A stretch of DNA of 64,000 nucleotides from assembly GCA_965218295.1 (NCBI GenBank), contig CBDCKN010000014.1, forward strand, positions 64,001 through 128,000, written 5' to 3'. Positions 59,463 to 64,000 of this stretch are shown here, piece by piece. This DNA comes from Longimicrobiales bacterium. Its GTDB lineage: Bacteria > Gemmatimonadota > Gemmatimonadetes > Longimicrobiales > Gaopeijiaceae. The position numbers and the translations under genes were made by a program. Within the stretch, counting starts at the first letter, position 1. Every line of letters starts with the position of its first letter. The notes beneath the pieces were generated by a model. It was not told the DNA's origin. It saw nothing but the letters and a program-made list of their open reading frames with translations, and ran no database searches.

Positions 59463-60848
59463 CTAAGGAAAGTAGGTGGGCTCGCTGGCCATCCAGCCCG
59501 TATTGCCACCGGGGGACTGCACGTACAGGAATCCCTCGAAAATCCCCAGCACCGACACGCCCGTGCCGGCCTCCACAGCCTCCATCATCGGCGCGCTGTC
59601 ACTGGGACCGCTCACCAACGCGGAGGTCTGTGCCACGACCTGGCTCCGAAGAGGCTCACTCACGGCCTCGGTGAGGCGAGCGGCCACAAACCCGGCCTGT
59701 CCGTCCGGGAGGCGTACCCGATACCAGGGCCCGGCAGCTGCCAGGACTCGCACGGGGGTGTGCTCCTCGAGCTCGACCACAACCGTGGCTCGACGGCTGG
59801 GCCCCCCTCTCAACCGGATCCCTTCGTTGACCGTTCGGGTCCATGCGCCCAGATGGTCCAAGGGAGCGGAGGTCGCCACCAGGTCCTGGGAGGGCTTGTA
59901 GAGGAAGTAATACGGGTCCACCGGTCCCTCTCTCCGCCGGTACACCCCGAAGTGGAGGTGCGGCGCGGTGGTTCGGGCGTTGCCGGTGTTGCCCACGAAC
60001 CCGAGGAGGGTGCCCTTGGTGACGCGCTCCCCCGATCGTACGACCTGGCTGTCGAGGTGAGCGTAGTAGATCGAGTTGGGCTCCTCGGAGTCGCGGACCC
60101 AGACGACCTTGCCGCCGATGTCGGTGTCCCGGACGCGAGTGACGCGGCCCTCCGTGGCGGAGTGGACGGGCGTGCCCTTGGGTGCGAAGATGTCCACGCC
60201 GTGATGGCTGCGCCGTCCGGCCTCCCGGTCGGCACCGAAGACGCTCAGAATGGCCCGGTTGTTGCGGCCCTCTACAGGGAAGGCCATGGATGCTTCGGCC
60301 CTCAGGACTATGCGGTAATGGCCCCCTCGGAGGAGCTCGGGTTGCAGGCGGACCACGTAGCTGGCGCCACGGCTCGCCACGTACTCCACCATCCCCCGAA
60401 CCGAGTCAGAGGAGAGTACCGGCAGTGGAGCCCGCTCTGGGGTGCTCTGCATTCGGTAGACGTCCACGAACAGCCTGGTAGGCTCACCGCCGTTCAGCTC
60501 CACGTCGATGGAGAGACGCTGACCCCGCCTGAGCTCCACCAGATAGCTTCTGGCGTCCGGTGACTCGGGAAAGAGGAAGCCCTCCTCTTCGAAGGGAAGC
60601 CCGACCGTAGGGGCTTCGTCGAGGGCGCGGGCCGCCGCCTCCGACCACGCCGTGCCCAGGGCGGTCTCGGCCAGACCTACGGCGCGAAGAGACTCGAAAT
60701 ACGCTTCATGAGGCGTCAGATCGCGGAACTCGTTCCGGATCTGATCGACCTGCTCGCAGGCGGAAATGAAGAGTAGGACGCCAAGGATCCCGCCGCCACG
60801 ACACGACCACACCCCGCCCCATCCCCTTCGATAGCGCTCAGTCCTCAT
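59463..60848 (-). CDS. M23 metallopeptidase with SH3-like domains (lipoprotein-like)
   Basis: ISAC lipobox, HHGVDIFA, YYAHL, VGNTGNA and PHLHF. Confidence 0.9.
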   Translation of the reverse strand: MRTERYRRGWGGVWSCRGGGILGVLLFISACEQVDQIRNEFRDLTPHEAYFESLRAVGLAETALGTAWSEAAARALDEAPTVGLPFEEEGFLFPESPDARSYLVELRRGQRLSIDVELNGGEPTRLFVDVYRMQSTPERAPLPVLSSDSVRGMVEYVASRGASYVVRLQPELLRGGHYRIVLRAEASMAFPVEGRNNRAILSVFGADREAGRRSHHGVDIFAPKGTPVHSATEGRVTRVRDTDIGGKVVWVRDSEEPNSIYYAHLDSQVVRSGERVTKGTLLGFVGNTGNARTTAPHLHFGVYRRREGPVDPYYFLYKPSQDLVATSAPLDHLGAWTRTVNEGIRLRGGPSRRATVVVELEEHTPVRVLAAAGPWYRVRLPDGQAGFVAARLTEAVSEPLRSQVVAQTSALVSGPSDSAPMMEAVEAGTGVSVLGIFEGFLYVQSPGGNTGWMASEPTYFP

Positions 60849-61007
60849 GCGCCCAATCCATGCGTTTTTCCCATTCGGCTTCCTTTCCTGCTCAACGATG
60901 TCCACCGCCTTCCAACGTGCGATGTCTACCGCCCTGTACCATAATTGGACGGAATTGTTGAGATTTCTATGATTCTCGACATCCTTCCTGACCAGAGGGC
61001 CCCTTGC

Positions 61008-62294
61008 ATGGTACGAATCGCCGAGATCGAAGCCGGCAGCATTGCGGACGAACTCCACCTCGAGATCGGGACGCGCATCGTCCGGATCAACGGGCAGCGA
61101 GTCCGCGACGGCATCGATCTGACCTTCCTCCTGGCGGAGAGCGCCCTCGAGCTCGAGACCGTGAACCCGCACGGGGATGCGGTCTGCTACGAGATCGAGC
61201 GCGAGCCGGGGGAGCCCGTCGGCATCATCCCGGCACCCGACACGATTCGTGAATGTGCGAACAAGTGCGTGTTCTGCTTCATCGATGGGAATCCCAAGGA
61301 TGTGCGTGACACACTCTGGCTCAGGGACGACGATTTCCGGCTCTCGTTTACGTACGGGAGCTACGTGACGCTCACGAACCTGGGTCCCAGGGGGATGGAG
61401 CGCCTGGTTGAGCAACGGATCAGCCCGCTCTACGTGAGCGTGCACGCTACGGAGCCCGAGGTACGTGAGCGTTTGCTGGTCAACGAACGGGCCGGCCTCA
61501 TCATGGAGCAGCTCCGGTTTCTGCTCAAGGGCGGACTCGAGGTCCATACCCAGGTCGTGCTCTGTCCCGAGTGGAACGACCGTGAGCACCTGGACCGCAC
61601 CATCGACGACCTCTACGCGCTGGGGGAGGGCGCTCGGTCATTGTCGGTCGTGCCAGTGGGGCTCACGAAGTACAATCTGGGCCGCCCGGTCCGGCTCCTG
61701 ACACGGGAAGAGGCCTTGGCGGCCATCGGACAGGTGGATCGCATTCGGCAACGGGCCCTTGAGGAGCGGGGCCGAGGTTGGTGCTACGCTGCCGACGAGA
61801 TGTACTTGATCGCCGGCGGCGATTTTCCCCCGGACGAATACTACGACGAGGCCTCCCTCACGGAGAACGGGGTGGGTGCTATGAATCGCTTCGTGCGCGA
61901 GTTCGAGAAGGGACTGCCCCACGCGCCGGCCCTTCCGGGGCGTACGCTTCGCATCGTCACCGGACTGTCGATGGAGGGGCTGTTCCGGGAGAGGGCGCCG
62001 CGCCTGGCTGAGGCCACCGGAGCCCAGGTGGACGTGATCGGCGTGGTGAACGATTTCTACGGTGACAGCGTGACGATAGCCGGACTCCTCGGCGGTCGGG
62101 ACATCGTACAGGCCGTGGGCGACACACGGGAAGACGAGCTAATGCTCCTGCCGGCCGAGGCGCTCAACGCCGATGACCTGTTCGTCGACAGCCTGCCGCT
62201 GGGAGAGGTTCGAGCCGCCCTGGCACCGGCGGACGTCGTGACCGGGTACGACCTCCTCGAGTGCCTCGGAAGCCTCTCGCAAGCGCACGCATGA
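61008..62294 (+). CDS. DUF512 PDZ/radical SAM-like protein
   Basis: CANKCVFC, DDDFRLSF, YVSVH, VVPVGLT and ENGVG. Confidence 0.92.
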   Translation: MVRIAEIEAGSIADELHLEIGTRIVRINGQRVRDGIDLTFLLAESALELETVNPHGDAVCYEIEREPGEPVGIIPAPDTIRECANKCVFCFIDGNPKDVRDTLWLRDDDFRLSFTYGSYVTLTNLGPRGMERLVEQRISPLYVSVHATEPEVRERLLVNERAGLIMEQLRFLLKGGLEVHTQVVLCPEWNDREHLDRTIDDLYALGEGARSLSVVPVGLTKYNLGRPVRLLTREEALAAIGQVDRIRQRALEERGRGWCYAADEMYLIAGGDFPPDEYYDEASLTENGVGAMNRFVREFEKGLPHAPALPGRTLRIVTGLSMEGLFRERAPRLAEATGAQVDVIGVVNDFYGDSVTIAGLLGGRDIVQAVGDTREDELMLLPAEALNADDLFVDSLPLGEVRAALAPADVVTGYDLLECLGSLSQAHA

Positions 62295-63607
62295 GTAGGA
62301 CCTTGCCGGTGGTAGCCGTGGTGGGCAGGCCCAACGTGGGAAAGTCCACCTTTTTCAATCGCGTGATCGGCGGGCGCGTCGCCATCGTTGACGAGCGGCC
62401 CGGTGTCACGCGGGATCGGAATTTCAGCAAGGCCGACTGGGCCGGTCATCACTTCTACGTGGTCGATACCGGAGGCGTGATCGAGGGCAGTGACGAGCCC
62501 TTGGATCGGGCGATTCGAGAGCAGGCATACGCTGCCGTGGCCGAGGCCCACGTCATACTCTTCCTCGTGGACGGCAAGGCCGGCGTCCATCCTCTGGACG
62601 AGCGCCTTGCGGAGATCCTCAGGAAGAGCGGCCCCCCCGTGCTGCTCGTCGTGAACAAGATGGACAACCTTCCCCGGGACCAGAGTCATCTGGACCTCTG
62701 GAGCCTGGGCATGGGCGAGCCAATTCCCGTGAGTGCCCTTTCAGGAAAAGGCTCGGGCGACCTCCTGGATGCCGTGGTGGCCAGTCTTCCAGGGCAGGAG
62801 GACGTGGATGAGGAGGAGGGCGTGATCCGGGTAGCCGTGGTTGGAAAGCCGAACGTCGGGAAGTCGAGTTTCGTGAACCGGCTCTTCGGGGAAGATCGGG
62901 TGGTGGTGAGTGAGGTGCCCGGCACGACCCGGGATCCGGTGGATTCACTTCTCCAGTATCACGGCAAGAACCTCGTTTTCGTGGACACGGCGGGGCTCCG
63001 CCGACAATCCAAGATCAAGGACTCGCTGGAGTACTATTCGGCCCTGCGGACGGCCAAGGTCGTGCGCGAAGCCGACGTGTGTCTCGTTCTCGTGGACGCC
63101 ACCGAGCCCATTCACGTGCAGGACCTCAAGGTGGTCGAGCAGGCCTGGGAGGCGGGCGCGGGAGTGATCCTCGTAGCCAACAAGTGGGATCTGGTCGAGA
63201 AGGATCACCAAACCGCCCCGCAGTTCGAGAAGGATCTGAAAGAGCGGGCACCTTTCCTTCGATGGATTCCGGCGGTCTTCACCTCCGCTCTATCCGGTCA
63301 ACGGGTCAGGAAGTGCCTCGACGTGATCCTCGAGGTCCAGGAGGAGCGGCACCGAAGGATCGCCACCGCCGACGTCAACGAGGCCCTGGCGGGACTGCTG
63401 CGCCACCAGCCACCTCCACACAGCCGGGGCCGTCGGGTGAAGATCCGATACGGGACGCAGGTCTCGGTCGCGCCTCCCACCTTCATCTTCTTCGCCAATC
63501 TCCCAAAGGCCCTTCCCGAGCACTACATTCGCTACGTCCACAACAACCTAAGAGATCGTTGGGGGTTCGTGGGGAGTCCCATCCGAGTCCGCTTCAGGGA
63601 GAACTGA
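62291..63607 (+). CDS. der: ribosome biogenesis GTPase Der/EngA
   Basis: Two G domains (GRPNVGKS, GKPNVGKS), DTGG/DTAG, NK.D and a KH-like tail. Confidence 0.98.
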   Translation: MSRTLPVVAVVGRPNVGKSTFFNRVIGGRVAIVDERPGVTRDRNFSKADWAGHHFYVVDTGGVIEGSDEPLDRAIREQAYAAVAEAHVILFLVDGKAGVHPLDERLAEILRKSGPPVLLVVNKMDNLPRDQSHLDLWSLGMGEPIPVSALSGKGSGDLLDAVVASLPGQEDVDEEEGVIRVAVVGKPNVGKSSFVNRLFGEDRVVVSEVPGTTRDPVDSLLQYHGKNLVFVDTAGLRRQSKIKDSLEYYSALRTAKVVREADVCLVLVDATEPIHVQDLKVVEQAWEAGAGVILVANKWDLVEKDHQTAPQFEKDLKERAPFLRWIPAVFTSALSGQRVRKCLDVILEVQEERHRRIATADVNEALAGLLRHQPPPHSRGRRVKIRYGTQVSVAPPTFIFFANLPKALPEHYIRYVHNNLRDRWGFVGSPIRVRFREN

Positions 63608-63612
63608 CCTCC

Positions 63613-64000
63613 GTGAGTCCGTACGTCCTTCTCGCGCTGGCGTACGTCACCGGTGCGACCCCTACGAGCTACCTCGTCGGGAAGGGCGTGTACGGGACCG
63701 ACCTGCGGACCGAGGGAAGCGGGAACCTGGGAGGCACGAACGCATTCCGGGTGCTCGGCTGGAAGGCGGCGCTTCCGGTCATCGTGATGGACATCTTGAA
63801 GGGCTGGTTCCCCGTGTGGTACTTCCCACAGATCCATGGTGACGCGCCCTGGACGTGGGCTCTGGCATATGGCGGCGCGGCCATCGTCGGCCACGTGTGC
63901 TCCTTTTGGGTGGGCTTCAAGGGAGGGAAGGGGATCGCTACCAGCGGCGGCGTATTCATTGCGGTGGCGCCCATGGCGCTTCTCGCAGGTCTAGCGACCT
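63613..64000 (+). CDS. plsY: glycerol-3-phosphate acyltransferase, partial
   Basis: DLRTEGSGNLGGTNAFR, DILKG and GH...FKGGKGIAT; follows der. Confidence 0.95.
   Translation, partial: MSPYVLLALAYVTGATPTSYLVGKGVYGTDLRTEGSGNLGGTNAFRVLGWKAALPVIVMDILKGWFPVWYFPQIHGDAPWTWALAYGGAAIVGHVCSFWVGFKGGKGIATSGGVFIAVAPMALLAGLAT

Overview
GC-rich bacterial DNA, most consistent with Gemmatimonadota (inferred from the Ser/Thr kinase with PD40 repeats, the PadR plus duplicated-permease pair and the SusC and beta-propeller fragments); the LRR-cap lipoprotein fragment hints at a host-associated or marine lineage. About 1-56.7 kb is a heavily rearranged accessory region. It holds four IS256 copies, two apparently identical IS481 copies, one intact IS1111-group IS110 element, many IS3/IS21/IS1634/IS110 remnants, a dead phage-satellite primase-helicase, and a dif-like site. 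It also holds an about 8 kb tyrosine-integrase element inserted into the 3' end of a DUF151 nuclease gene. The cargo is dominated by secreted hydrolases (four CocE/NonD genes or remnants, a duplicated tannase-family pair, an alpha/beta hydrolase, M20) and organic-acid catabolism genes, interleaved with short fused gene fragments. About 56.7-64 kb looks like core genome (yceI-like, GHMP kinase, M23, DUF512, der, plsY). The best leads are: (1) an IS110 bridge/seek RNA whose guides can be read directly and match a hairpin just upstream of mobC (possible oriT); (2) the integrative element that replaced the C-terminus of its target gene; (3) a promoter-to-stop duplicated esterase module with clustered active-site changes and swapped signal peptides; (4) the dif-like site. 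Several frameshifts lie in homopolymers and may be sequencing errors. All family assignments come from motif recognition by eye, not database searches.
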